Assembly: GCA_964291285.2 (NCBI GenBank)
Contig: OZ219787.1
Span: 960,001 to 1,024,000, forward strand
DNA length: 64,000 nucleotides
Source: Alphaproteobacteria bacterium
GTDB lineage: Bacteria > Pseudomonadota > Alphaproteobacteria > Bin95
Reading direction: 5' to 3'
The notes beneath the pieces are model-generated. The model made no database searches. It saw only the letters and a list, made by a program, of their open reading frames with translations, and was not told where the DNA came from. Both the position numbers and the translations under genes were made by a program. Below, in pieces: positions 10,054 to 18,529 of this stretch (within the stretch, counting starts at the first letter, position 1; the number at the start of each line of letters is the position of its first letter).

Positions 10054-10642
10054 GGGCTGTCTCAATTTTACCCTCTAGCGGGCCCTGATCCGACCAACAC
10101 CCCTTCAACTCGGGGAGCCGCCCGCAACCGCGTAAACATTTACCTATATTTAGTATAGCAATTAGTAATACTCATAAAGTCCTTCGTTTTCGAGGGCGAG
10201 GGGGGGGGTATCGCATTGCCGCCGATGGCCGCCCGGAGGACGCCGGAACAGGGGCCGCTCGAGGACGGCCAGCGCATCGTGCTGACGCCGCTTCCCGCGG
10301 GCCAGCGTACGCAGCCGGCGGAACTGCTGGTGCTGGCCGGCAGCGTGCCGACTGCGCCCGAATATGTTGCAGGCCCCACCAGTGCGCCGGCGCTGCCCGC
10401 AGGCCTGCGCGGCAGCGCCGGCGGCAGCAATGCCATCGGTACTGCTGAGCGGGACACTTTGCCGGACTCGGAGGAACGCGACTGCCTGAGGCTGGCCGCT
10501 GGCGGGCATTATACCGGAGGCGCGGGCAACTGAAGCAAGGCCCCGACGGGTCGATAGAGGGCCGGGGCGGGAGGCAGTCCCCTTCCAAAGTCGCAAAGAA
10601 TGAAAAAAATCTAATGAAATTGATTTTTGTTCGTAATTTGAT

Positions 10643-10670
10643 CTTGACATCTGGCGGATTGTGATATGAT
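10643..10670 (+). promoter_or_regulatory. sigma70-like promoter with AT-rich upstream tract (copy A)
   Basis: CTTGAC-N16-TATGAT with TGn extended -10; A/T tract 10595-10640. Confidence 0.6.
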
Positions 10671-10752
10671 GGTCCCCAGGGAAGAGGCATCCGGAGCCGC
10701 TTCCCGGGCGTTGCGCGGCCGGGCGGCGCCATTTCTGAAAACCCGTGAGAAG

Positions 10753-10886
10753 CCGACGGGAGACGTGCGTCCTGCGTCTCGCGCGCGCAATCAGGCGCGC
10801 GAACCGCGCCGGCGCCGACACGCGCCCGGGCAGGCGCGGGCGCCCGCGCAGGATACGCGCGGAAACAGGGACCCGCTCCCCGTCGG
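10753..10886 (+). ncRNA. Putative structured RNA core, family not recognised (copy A)
   Basis: Blocks GACGGG..GTGCGYCCTGC..GCAATCAGGCGCGCGAACCGCGCC..GATAYGCGCG..CAGGG are shared by four copies; CCGACGGG pairs with CCCGTCGG. Confidence 0.5.
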
Positions 10887-11160
10887 AGAAGGAGGAACGA
10901 TGAGGGCAACCGACCCCCGCCCCGGGCTGGCGGCGATGCCGGCCGAAAGGCTCGCGCCGGCCGCCGCGGCCCTTGCCAGTGCCTATGCGGAGGAGATGAG
11001 CGCCGGGCCGCCGCCCATCTGCCAGAGCCTGTGCCCGCACCTGCCGGGGAGCCCGCGAACGACCCCGACGCCTGGGTCCCGCAGCCGGAGGCGCAGGCGC
11101 GGGCGGGTGGTAGGACCGGCTCCGTGTAGGCCGCAATGACCTCGTCCGCAAGCTCCTATC

Positions 11161-11265
11161 GTCACCCCGGCCGGAGCGGAGCGGAGAGCCGGGGTCCATC
11201 CTCCGCCCTCTCCACCGGACCGAAACGGTGGGGGACGGGTCCCGGTTCCGGGGCCGGGGCGACGG
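11161..11265. repeat. REP-like palindromic pair nested in copy A
   Basis: GTCACCCCGGCC...GCCGGGGTCCA followed by an inverted GGCCGGGGCGACG partner. Confidence 0.7.
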
Positions 11266-11520
11266 TGAACGCAAGACGCAGAAGGAGACCGAAGAGTGGA
11301 CAGCTTCATGCCTGAAACGGCTGCAGCATATGAACCCTGCGCATGCAGATCATGACATTCCATGACACATGGCGAGGGAAGCCCGGCGCGCCTCATGACA
11401 AAACATGACATCTCATGATGCCCCGGATGGAGCGGTCCGTTGTGCCGGGCAGCCGGGTCGAAAGGATTTGACCGGCGGGCGCTTCGGGCCTATTGGTGCG
11501 CCGCCGCACCACGCATGACC

Positions 11521-11660
11521 CACGTGCCAAGAAATCACCCGGGCAGGTCAAGCCGGGGGCCGGTAACGAGGTATCGGTGCGACAGGCGGGAAGACGGACG
11601 GTCCGCGGCCGTCTGCCGAACCGCCGCCCGAGACGCGGTTAGGAGCCCCTTGGGAGGGTT
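11521..11660 (+). promoter_or_regulatory. Probable speF-leader-like cis RNA (Rfam RF00518 type)
   Basis: Long 5' leader of an alphaproteobacterial ornithine decarboxylase gene containing CCAAGAAA..CCGGGCAGGTCAAGCCGG..GGTAACGAGGTATCGG; based on position and recalled similarity, not searched. Confidence 0.5.
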
Positions 11661-11665
11661 GTGCG

Positions 11666-12796
11666 ATGACGGCGCGCATTCGCCGATTTCTCGATGAGTC
11701 CCGGCCGCCGACGCCGTGCCTCGTGATCGACTTGGATGTCGTGCGCGAGAACTATCTCGCCTTCACGCGGCTGTTGCCGCAGGCGGCGGTCTATTACGCG
11801 GTCAAGGCCAACCCCGCGCCGGAGATCATCTCGCTGCTCGTGCGCCTCGGCTCGTCCTTCGATTGCGCCAGCATCTACGAGATCCGCGACTGCCTGGCGG
11901 CCGGCGCGCCGGCCCGGCGGCTCTCCTTCGGCAACACCATCAAGAAGGCCGCCGATATCGGGGCCGCGCACAGGCTGGGCGTGGACCTGTTCGCCTTCGA
12001 CAGCCGGGGCGAGCTGGACAAGCTGGCCAAGGCCGCGCCCGGCGCGCGGGTCTATTGCCGGATCGCCATGACCGGGGAAGGCGCGGACTGGCCGCTCGGG
12101 CGGAAGTTCGGCTGCGAGGTCGATATGGCGCGCGACCTCATGCTGGAGGCCGGGCGGCTCGGCCTCGAGCCCTATGGCATCTCCTTCCATATCGGCTCGC
12201 AGCAGCGCGACGTGCGCCAGTGGGACGTCGCCTTCGGCCAGACGGCGATGCTGTTCACCGCGCTCGACGAGGCCGGGGTCAAGCTCGGCATGGTGAATGT
12301 CGGCGGCGGCTTCCCCGCCCGCACCCGCAAGGACGGGCCCGGGGCGCAGGCGCATATGGAGGCGCTGGTCGCGGCGGCGCGCAGCCATTTCGGCAACCGG
12401 ATGCCGAACCTGATCGTCGAGCCGGGCCGCGCGCTGGTGGGCGATGCCGGCCTCGTCCAGAGCGAGGTCGTGCTGATCTCCCGCAAGGGCTACCGGGACG
12501 AGGAGCGCTGGGTCTATCTGGATGTCGGCAAGTTCGGCGGCCTGATCGAGACCATGGACGAGGCGATCCAGTACCGCATCACCACGGAGCGGGACGGCGC
12601 GGAATGCGGCCCGGTCGTGCTGGCGGGGCCGACCTGCGACGAGGCCGATGTGCTCTACCAGCACAGCAACTACCGCCTGCCGCTGACCCTGGAGGTCGGC
12701 GACAGGGTGGCGATCGAGTCGGCAGGCGCCTACACGGCCTCCTACAGTTCGGTCAATTTCAACGGCCTGCCGCCGCTGGCGACCTACTGCATCTGA
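11666..12796 (+). CDS. Ornithine/lysine decarboxylase (fold-type III PLP)
   Basis: YAVKAN PLP lysine, SFHIGSQ, VGGGFP, EPGR, GPTCD, GAYT motifs. Confidence 0.93.
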   Translation: MTARIRRFLDESRPPTPCLVIDLDVVRENYLAFTRLLPQAAVYYAVKANPAPEIISLLVRLGSSFDCASIYEIRDCLAAGAPARRLSFGNTIKKAADIGAAHRLGVDLFAFDSRGELDKLAKAAPGARVYCRIAMTGEGADWPLGRKFGCEVDMARDLMLEAGRLGLEPYGISFHIGSQQRDVRQWDVAFGQTAMLFTALDEAGVKLGMVNVGGGFPARTRKDGPGAQAHMEALVAAARSHFGNRMPNLIVEPGRALVGDAGLVQSEVVLISRKGYRDEERWVYLDVGKFGGLIETMDEAIQYRITTERDGAECGPVVLAGPTCDEADVLYQHSNYRLPLTLEVGDRVAIESAGAYTASYSSVNFNGLPPLATYCI

Positions 12797-12862
12797 GCCG
12801 GCGCATTGACAGCGCGGGCAGGGTCACCAGATAATCCGCAGCAGTTGGAGCATGGCGACAGG

Positions 12863-13195
12863 ATGAGCGCAGGACTCAGCATTTCCGACAGGGCGGCCGA
12901 GCGGGTCTCGGTCCTGCTCGAACAACAGCAGGGCGCGGGGCTGATGCTGCGGGTCTCCGTGTCGGGCGGCGGCTGCTCGGGCTTCCAGTACGGCTTCGCC
13001 TTCGACGATGCGCGCAACGAGGACGACCTCGTGTTCAGCCATGCCGGCGTCGATGTCGTGGTGGACGAGATGTCGCTGGAGCTGCTGGAGGGCGCGGAGA
13101 TCGATTTCGTCGAGGACCTTGCCGGCGCCGCCTTCCGCATCGACAATCCCAACGCGACGGCTTCCTGCGGCTGCGGCTCGTCCTTCGCCGTCTGA
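12863..13195 (+). CDS. erpA: A-type Fe-S insertion protein ErpA/IscA
   Basis: GGGCSGFQY and CGCGSSF motifs; adjacent to xth. Confidence 0.88.
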   Translation: MSAGLSISDRAAERVSVLLEQQQGAGLMLRVSVSGGGCSGFQYGFAFDDARNEDDLVFSHAGVDVVVDEMSLELLEGAEIDFVEDLAGAAFRIDNPNATASCGCGSSFAV

Positions 13196-14014
13196 ATGAA
13201 GATCGCAAGCTGGAACGTCAACTCGATCAAGGCCCGCCTGCCCGCCGTGATCGACTGGCTGGAGACGGCCGCCCCGGACGTGCTGGCGCTGCAGGAGATC
13301 AAATGCACCGCCGACGCCTTTCCGCACCTCGAGATCGAGGCGGCGGGATACCGCGCGGCGGTTCTCGGCCAGAGGACCTATAACGGCGTCGCGCTGATTT
13401 CGAAGACGGCCCCGGAAGCGCTGCGCGAGGGCCTGCCGGGCGACGGCGGGGACGACCAGGCGCGCTATGTCGAGGCGGTGTTCGACGGGGTGCGGGTCGC
13501 CTCCATCTACCTGCCGAACGGCAACCCGGTCGGGAGCGACAAGTTCCCCTACAAGCTCGCCTGGATGGCGCGGCTGAAACGCCATGCGGCGCGCCTGCTG
13601 GCGGACGAGGTGCCGACGGTTCTCGGCGGGGACTTCAATGTCATCCCGGAACCGGAGGACTGCTACGACCCCGACGACTGGGCGGGCGATGCGCTCTACC
13701 GGCCGGAGAGCCGGCGGGCGTTCCGGGAAATCCTTTATCTCGGCTGGGCGGACGCCTTCCGGTCGCTCCATGCGCGGCGGGGCGGCGCCTTCACCTTCTG
13801 GGACTATCAGCGCGGGCGCTGGCAGCGCGGCGAAGGCATCCGCATCGACCATCTGTTGCTGTCGCCGGCGGCGCTGGACCGGCTGGAGGAATGCGATATC
13901 GACACCGTTCCGCGCAGCCGCCCGAAAGCCTCCGACCACACGCCCGTCTGGTGCAGCCTTGGCCCCGCCGCCGAGGCCGGAAATCTGTTCCTCGCGCCCG
14001 GCGAAGACGGATAG
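13196..14014 (+). CDS. xth: Exodeoxyribonuclease III
   Basis: SWNVNS, LQEIK, YNGVA, GDFN, RIDH, SDH motifs. Confidence 0.95.
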   Translation: MKIASWNVNSIKARLPAVIDWLETAAPDVLALQEIKCTADAFPHLEIEAAGYRAAVLGQRTYNGVALISKTAPEALREGLPGDGGDDQARYVEAVFDGVRVASIYLPNGNPVGSDKFPYKLAWMARLKRHAARLLADEVPTVLGGDFNVIPEPEDCYDPDDWAGDALYRPESRRAFREILYLGWADAFRSLHARRGGAFTFWDYQRGRWQRGEGIRIDHLLLSPAALDRLEECDIDTVPRSRPKASDHTPVWCSLGPAAEAGNLFLAPGEDG

Positions 14015-14023
14015 GGACCGCCC

Positions 14024-14727
14024 ATGGACTTCGCAAACAGGACGATCATCGTGACCGGGGGCGCCTCCGGCATCGGGGCGGAAACGGTCGGCATGCTGCG
14101 CGCCGCGGGCGCCGATGTGCTCGTGGTGGACCGGGACGCCTCCTCCGGCCTTGTCGGCGATGTGACCGACCCGGCGCTGGTCGCGCAGCGATGGAACGCT
14201 GCCCGAGGCTCGACGGGCTGGTGACGGCGGCGGGCATCTCGGAGAGCGGCGTGGCGATCGAGGATATCGACCCGGAGGACTGGGACCGGGTCTTCGCCGT
14301 CAACGTCAAGGCGACCTGGATGTGGCTGGCGGCGGCGGCCGGGCCGATGCGCGCCGCGGGCGGCGGCTCGGTCGTGGCCATCGCTTCGCAGCTCGCGTTC
14401 GGCGGCGGGTCGCTGAACGCGGCCTATATCGCGTCCAAGGGCGCCGTCGTCTCGCTGGTTCGCACGGCGGCGGTCGAGCTTGCCGGCGACGGCATCCGCG
14501 TCAATGCGGTCGCGCCCGGCGCCACCGAAACGCCGATGCTGAACCGCAGCCTCTCGCGCCAGCCGGACCCGGATGCGGCCAGGGAACGCTCCCGCACCCG
14601 CCACGCCATGGCCCGCTTCGGCAAGCCGGACGAGATCGCGGACGCGATCTGCTTCCTGCTGTCGGACCGCGCGAGCTTCATCACCGGCACGACGCTGCCG
14701 GTGGACGGCGGCTGGCTCGCGGCCTGA
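14024..14727 (+). pseudogene. SDR oxidoreductase split by a 1-nt frameshift near 14188 (possibly a sequencing error)
   Basis: TGGASGIG is in one frame; YIASK and RVNAVAPG are in another; adding one G restores ...AQAMERCPRLDG. Confidence 0.8.
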
Positions 14728-15345
14728 CTAGGGGCCGGCCAGCCGGGCTTCCGCCGAAGCCAGGTCCTCCGGCGTGTTGATGTTGAAGAAGGGGTCGCCT
14801 TCGGGCGGGACCGGGAATTCGACGTCGGCCATGCGGTGGCGGGCGGTCCACCGGTCCACCTTGCGCAGGCCCTCCTCGGCGAGCGCATGGCGCAAGTCGT
14901 CGGCGAGGCGGACGGTCCAGAGCGCGAAGACGGGATGGCGCTGCCCCCCGGACGTCGCGGTCACGATATCGGCGCTCCCTGCCTCGGCCGCCAGCTCGCG
15001 GACCAGCGTTGCGGGGAAGAAGGGCGCGTCGCAGGGGAAGCTCGCGACCCAGCCATAGCCGGCCTCGCGCGCCCAGAGCATGCCGGCGAGCACGCCCGCA
15101 AGCGGCCCGACGAAGCCGGCAACCGGATCGGGCAGCACGGGCAGGCCGAGTTCCGCGAATTCCTCCGCCGGCGCGTTGGCGTTGACGGCGAGGCACGCTA
15201 CCTGCGGGGCGGCGCGGGCGGCGGCATGGGCGAGCAGCGGCCGGCCGTCGAGGAGCGCCATGCCCTTCAGCCCGCCGCCCATGCGCCGGCCGAGGCCGCC
15301 CGCCAGCAGCAGGCCGGCGCAGTCACGCCGGGGGTCGGACGGCAC
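14728..15345 (-). CDS. mobA: Molybdenum cofactor guanylyltransferase
   Basis: LLAGGLGRRMGG, GPLAG, PCDAPF, FFNINTPEDL motifs. Confidence 0.92.
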   Translation of the reverse strand: MPSDPRRDCAGLLLAGGLGRRMGGGLKGMALLDGRPLLAHAAARAAPQVACLAVNANAPAEEFAELGLPVLPDPVAGFVGPLAGVLAGMLWAREAGYGWVASFPCDAPFFPATLVRELAAEAGSADIVTATSGGQRHPVFALWTVRLADDLRHALAEEGLRKVDRWTARHRMADVEFPVPPEGDPFFNINTPEDLASAEARLAGP

Positions 15346-15350
15346 AGGGC

Positions 15351-16202
15351 TCAGGCGGCGTCGCCGGTGGCGACTTCGGGGTTCGCGTCGAACACGAGGC
15401 GCTCCGCGCCGGAGAGCGCGATGAAGCGCTTGCCCTTGGCGCGCCCGACCAGCGTCAGCCCGGCCTGCCGGGCGAGCGCCACCCCCGAGGCCGTGAAGCC
15501 CGACCGGGAAATCAGGATCGGCACGCCCATCTGCACGGTCTTGATGACCATCTCGCTGGTGAGCCGCCCGGTGGTGAAAAACAGCTTTCCCTCCGGCGAA
15601 ACGCCGTTGAGGCGCATATAGCCGGCGATCATGTCCACCGCATTGTGCCGGCCCACATCCTCCAGATAGAGGATCGGCCGGTCGCCCTCGCAGAGCACGC
15701 AGCCATGGATCGCGCCGGCGGCCAGATAGAGGCTCGGACGGCGCGCGATCTTGGCCGAAAGCGTGTAGATCCAGGAGGTGTAAAGCGGGTCCGGGGGCAG
15801 GTCCGCCGCCTCGAAACTGTCCATCACGTCGGCGAACACCGTGCCGACGGCGCAGCCCGAAGTGCGGACCCGGCGTTCCAGCCGGTGCTCGTAGTCGGTC
15901 ATGCGCGCCGTGCGCACGACGGCGGCGTCGAGCTCGTCGTCTATGTCGATGCCGGTGATCTCGTCGTCCGGGCGCAGCATGTTCTGGTTGGCGAGGAAGC
16001 CGACGGCCAGCCAGTCGGCATGGTCGCCGACCGTCATCGCGGTCACGATCTCCTGGCTGTTCAGGTAGATGGTGAGGGGGCGTTCGACGACGACGCGCGT
16101 GCTGCGCTCCCGGCCCTCGTGGTCGATGCCGGTGACGGCTTCCGTCAGCCTCGGGTCGTCCGGGTCCGGCGCGACCAGGAACTCCTGCATGAACTCGCTC
16201 AT
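15351..16202 (-). CDS. fdhD: Formate dehydrogenase accessory sulfurtransferase
   Basis: ERPLTIYLN, GAIHGC, EDVGRHNAVD, TTGRLTSEMV motifs. Confidence 0.92.
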   Translation of the reverse strand: MSEFMQEFLVAPDPDDPRLTEAVTGIDHEGRERSTRVVVERPLTIYLNSQEIVTAMTVGDHADWLAVGFLANQNMLRPDDEITGIDIDDELDAAVVRTARMTDYEHRLERRVRTSGCAVGTVFADVMDSFEAADLPPDPLYTSWIYTLSAKIARRPSLYLAAGAIHGCVLCEGDRPILYLEDVGRHNAVDMIAGYMRLNGVSPEGKLFFTTGRLTSEMVIKTVQMGVPILISRSGFTASGVALARQAGLTLVGRAKGKRFIALSGAERLVFDANPEVATGDAA

Positions 16203-16224
16203 GTTCTCCACTATGCTCCGGGCC

Positions 16225-17424
16225 ATGGAGAGGCTCAACGACTGTTTCGCGGCGGGCGACCGGCTGCTGACCGTCGGCGAGGCGGCCGAACGGCTGAGCA
16301 CGCGCCTCGGCCCGGCGGTCGGCCGGGAGCGGATTCCGCTGTCGGAGGCGCGGGGCCGGATCCTGGCGGAACCGCTGACGAGCACGCTCGACGTGCCCGG
16401 CTACGACAACGCCGCGGTGGACGGCTACGCCTTCGCTCACGGCCGGGCGCATTACCGCATCGCCGGGCGGGCCGCGGCGGGACGGCCCTTTCCGCATCCG
16501 CTCGGACCCGGCGAGGCGGTCCGCATCCTGACCGGCGCGCCGGTGCCGGAAGGCGCCGACACGGTGGCGATGCAGGAGGACTGCGGCCTCGACGGCGAAA
16601 CCGTGACGGTGCCCGCAGGCCTCAGGGCGGGCGCCAACTACCGCATGGCCGGCGAGAACATCCGCCGGGGCGAGACGGTATTCGAGACAGGGCAGCGCCT
16701 CGGCCCGCTGCAACTGGGCGTCGCCGCATCGCTCGGCGAGACGGCGGTGGAGGTCTTCCGGCCGCTTCGCGTCGCGCTGTTCTCCACCGGGGACGAACTT
16801 GCGCGCCCCGGCGAACCGCTGGCGCCGGGGCAGCTCTACGACTCCAACCGGACGATGCTGCGCGCCTTCCTTGAGGCCGACGGGCTCGCCGTGACCGATC
16901 TGGGCATCCTTCCGGACGATGCGCCCTCGGTGAAGGCGGCGCTGGCCGAGGCGGCGGCCGGGCATGACGCGGTGATGACCTCGGCGGGCATCTCGACCGG
17001 CGACGAGGACCATGTGGCGGCGGCCGTTCCGGCGCTTCATTTCTGGCGCCTCGCGGTGAAGCCCGGCCGGCCGCTGGCGCTCGGCAGCATCGGGAGTGCG
17101 GCCTTTGTGGGCCTGCCCGGCAATCCGGTGGCCGCCGCCGCCTGCCTGCTGATGCTGGTGCGCCCGATGCTGGGCCTGCTGGGCGGCGCCGGCTGGGAAA
17201 CGCCGCCGTCGGTGCTTGTGCCCGCCGGCTTCGCCATGAAGAAGAAGACCGGGCGGCGGGAATGGCTGCGCGTCCGCCTCGGCGAGGACGGTGCGGCCAG
17301 GAAGGCCGGGCCCGACGGCTCGGCGCTGCTCCGCGTCATGGCCGAGGCCGACGGCCTGCTCGACGTGCCCGAGGACGTGGCCGCCATCGCCCCTGGCGAC
17401 CGCTTCCCGATGCTGCGCCTCTGA
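16225..17424 (+). CDS. moeA: Molybdopterin molybdotransferase
   Basis: AAVDGYA, RILTGAP, STGDEL, VKPGRP, GLPGNP motifs. Confidence 0.93.
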   Translation: MERLNDCFAAGDRLLTVGEAAERLSTRLGPAVGRERIPLSEARGRILAEPLTSTLDVPGYDNAAVDGYAFAHGRAHYRIAGRAAAGRPFPHPLGPGEAVRILTGAPVPEGADTVAMQEDCGLDGETVTVPAGLRAGANYRMAGENIRRGETVFETGQRLGPLQLGVAASLGETAVEVFRPLRVALFSTGDELARPGEPLAPGQLYDSNRTMLRAFLEADGLAVTDLGILPDDAPSVKAALAEAAAGHDAVMTSAGISTGDEDHVAAAVPALHFWRLAVKPGRPLALGSIGSAAFVGLPGNPVAAAACLLMLVRPMLGLLGGAGWETPPSVLVPAGFAMKKKTGRREWLRVRLGEDGAARKAGPDGSALLRVMAEADGLLDVPEDVAAIAPGDRFPMLRL

Positions 17425-17436
17425 CGCCGCCCGCCC

Positions 17437-18015
17437 ATGCGCCCGCAGGTCCTGACCGTCGGCCACTCCAACCATGCGCCGGAAACTTTTCTGGCGCTGC
17501 TGGTGCGGCATGGCGTGACGGCGCTCGGCGACGTGCGCTCCGCGCCCTCGAGCCGGTTCAATCCCCATTTCAACCGCAAGGCGCTTTCGGCGTCGCTCTC
17601 CGCCAGCGGCATCGCCTATGCCTGGCTTGGGCGCGAACTCGGCGGACGGCCGGACGATCCCGCCTGCTACGAGGATGGCGAACTCTGTTACGACCGTCTT
17701 GCCCGGACTGCGCTTTACCGGCAGGGAATCGAACGGGTCCTGCGCGGCGCGGCGGAGCACCGGCTGGCGCTGATGTGCGCGGAGAAGGACCCGCTCCACT
17801 GCCACCGCGCGCTGCTGGTCTCCCGCTCGCTCGAGGATGAAGGGCTGGAGGTCGCCCATATCCTCGCGGACGGCAGTCTCGAACCTCATGACAGCGTCAT
17901 GGACCGGCTGCTCGCCGCCCGCCGCCCGGAGGACGACCTGTTCGCAGCAGGGAAGTCGCGCGCCGACTGGATCGCCGAGGCCGCCCGCATGCCGCGCCGC
18001 CGCAAGCGCGCCTGA
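17437..18015 (+). CDS. DUF488 family protein
   Basis: TVGHSN, DVRSAP, ELGGR, LMCAEKDPLHCHR motifs. Confidence 0.88.
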   Translation: MRPQVLTVGHSNHAPETFLALLVRHGVTALGDVRSAPSSRFNPHFNRKALSASLSASGIAYAWLGRELGGRPDDPACYEDGELCYDRLARTALYRQGIERVLRGAAEHRLALMCAEKDPLHCHRALLVSRSLEDEGLEVAHILADGSLEPHDSVMDRLLAARRPEDDLFAAGKSRADWIAEAARMPRRRKRA

Positions 18016-18063
18016 CCCGTACCCCGGAAGACGGCGCGGCTGCCGGGGCACACTCCAGCGCGA

Positions 18064-18509
18064 TGTCATGATGTGTCATGTTTTGTCATGGGCGCCGCCG
18101 GAAATGTCATGTTTTGTCATGGTCCGCCGCGCCTCCGCCCCGGCCCCATCGCTGCCCGTTCGTATCCCGCATGTCGTTCGTCCGTCATGTTTCGTTCCAC
18201 TCCGTTCCGTTCGCCCCGCCGCCGGTTCGCCCATGCGGCGGGACCCTGATTCGCGCATATCGCGCGCGGGGGCGCGCGCGTCGGCGGCGGCGCGGTTCGC
18301 GCGCCTGATTGCGCCTGCGCGCGCGTAGGCCCAAATGCAGGGCGCACCTGTCCCGTCAGCTTCCCAGGGTGTTTTTCGCGCCGGCGCGAACCGGGAGAGC
18401 GGGCGGCCCCGCGCGGATGCCGCCGCCTCTCTCCCGGCCTATTTAGTTACAGAATCAGAGAGTGTCAATCCTAAAAACAGAAATTTTTCATAAATAGTGA
18501 ACAAAATGC
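18064..18509 (-). repeat. Dispersed element copy B
   Basis: TTGACA (reverse complement at 18463-18468); 24-mer 18289-18312; TGTCATG boxes at 18064, 18074, 18084, 18105, 18115. Confidence 0.85.
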
Positions 18510-18529
18510 TCCTGCGGCCACGGAGCCTG

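Larger units (their letters stand above)
10595..11420 (+). repeat. Dispersed element copy A (promoter, conserved structured core, variable region, CATGACA boxes)
   Basis: CTTGAC-N16-TATGAT 10643-10670; invariant 24-mer 10787-10810; CATGACA boxes at 11351, 11361, 11394, 11404 plus degenerate 11414. Confidence 0.85.

Noticed and set aside
10753-10886. Core as a group I/II intron, cobalamin riboswitch or tRNA
   Set aside because: I see no P7/R-S elements, domain V, B12 box or cloverleaf; a formal Rfam search is still needed.
10666-11139. ORFs across the repeat core (RNQAREPRRRR / ARFARLIA peptides in all four copies) as a protein family
   Set aside because: Starts, stops and frames are not conserved between copies; the shared peptides are translations of the invariant nucleotide block.
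14728-18069. Apparent giant fusions such as the 1113-aa MobA ORF, 768-aa VOC ORF and 866-aa TPR ORF
   Set aside because: The N-terminal extensions overlap other real genes; true starts are internal.
18064-18121. TGTCATG repeats as a CRISPR array or canonical Pho boxes
   Set aside because: The 7-bp units with 3-bp gaps have no spacers and no cas genes are present; Pho boxes have an 11-bp period, not 10.
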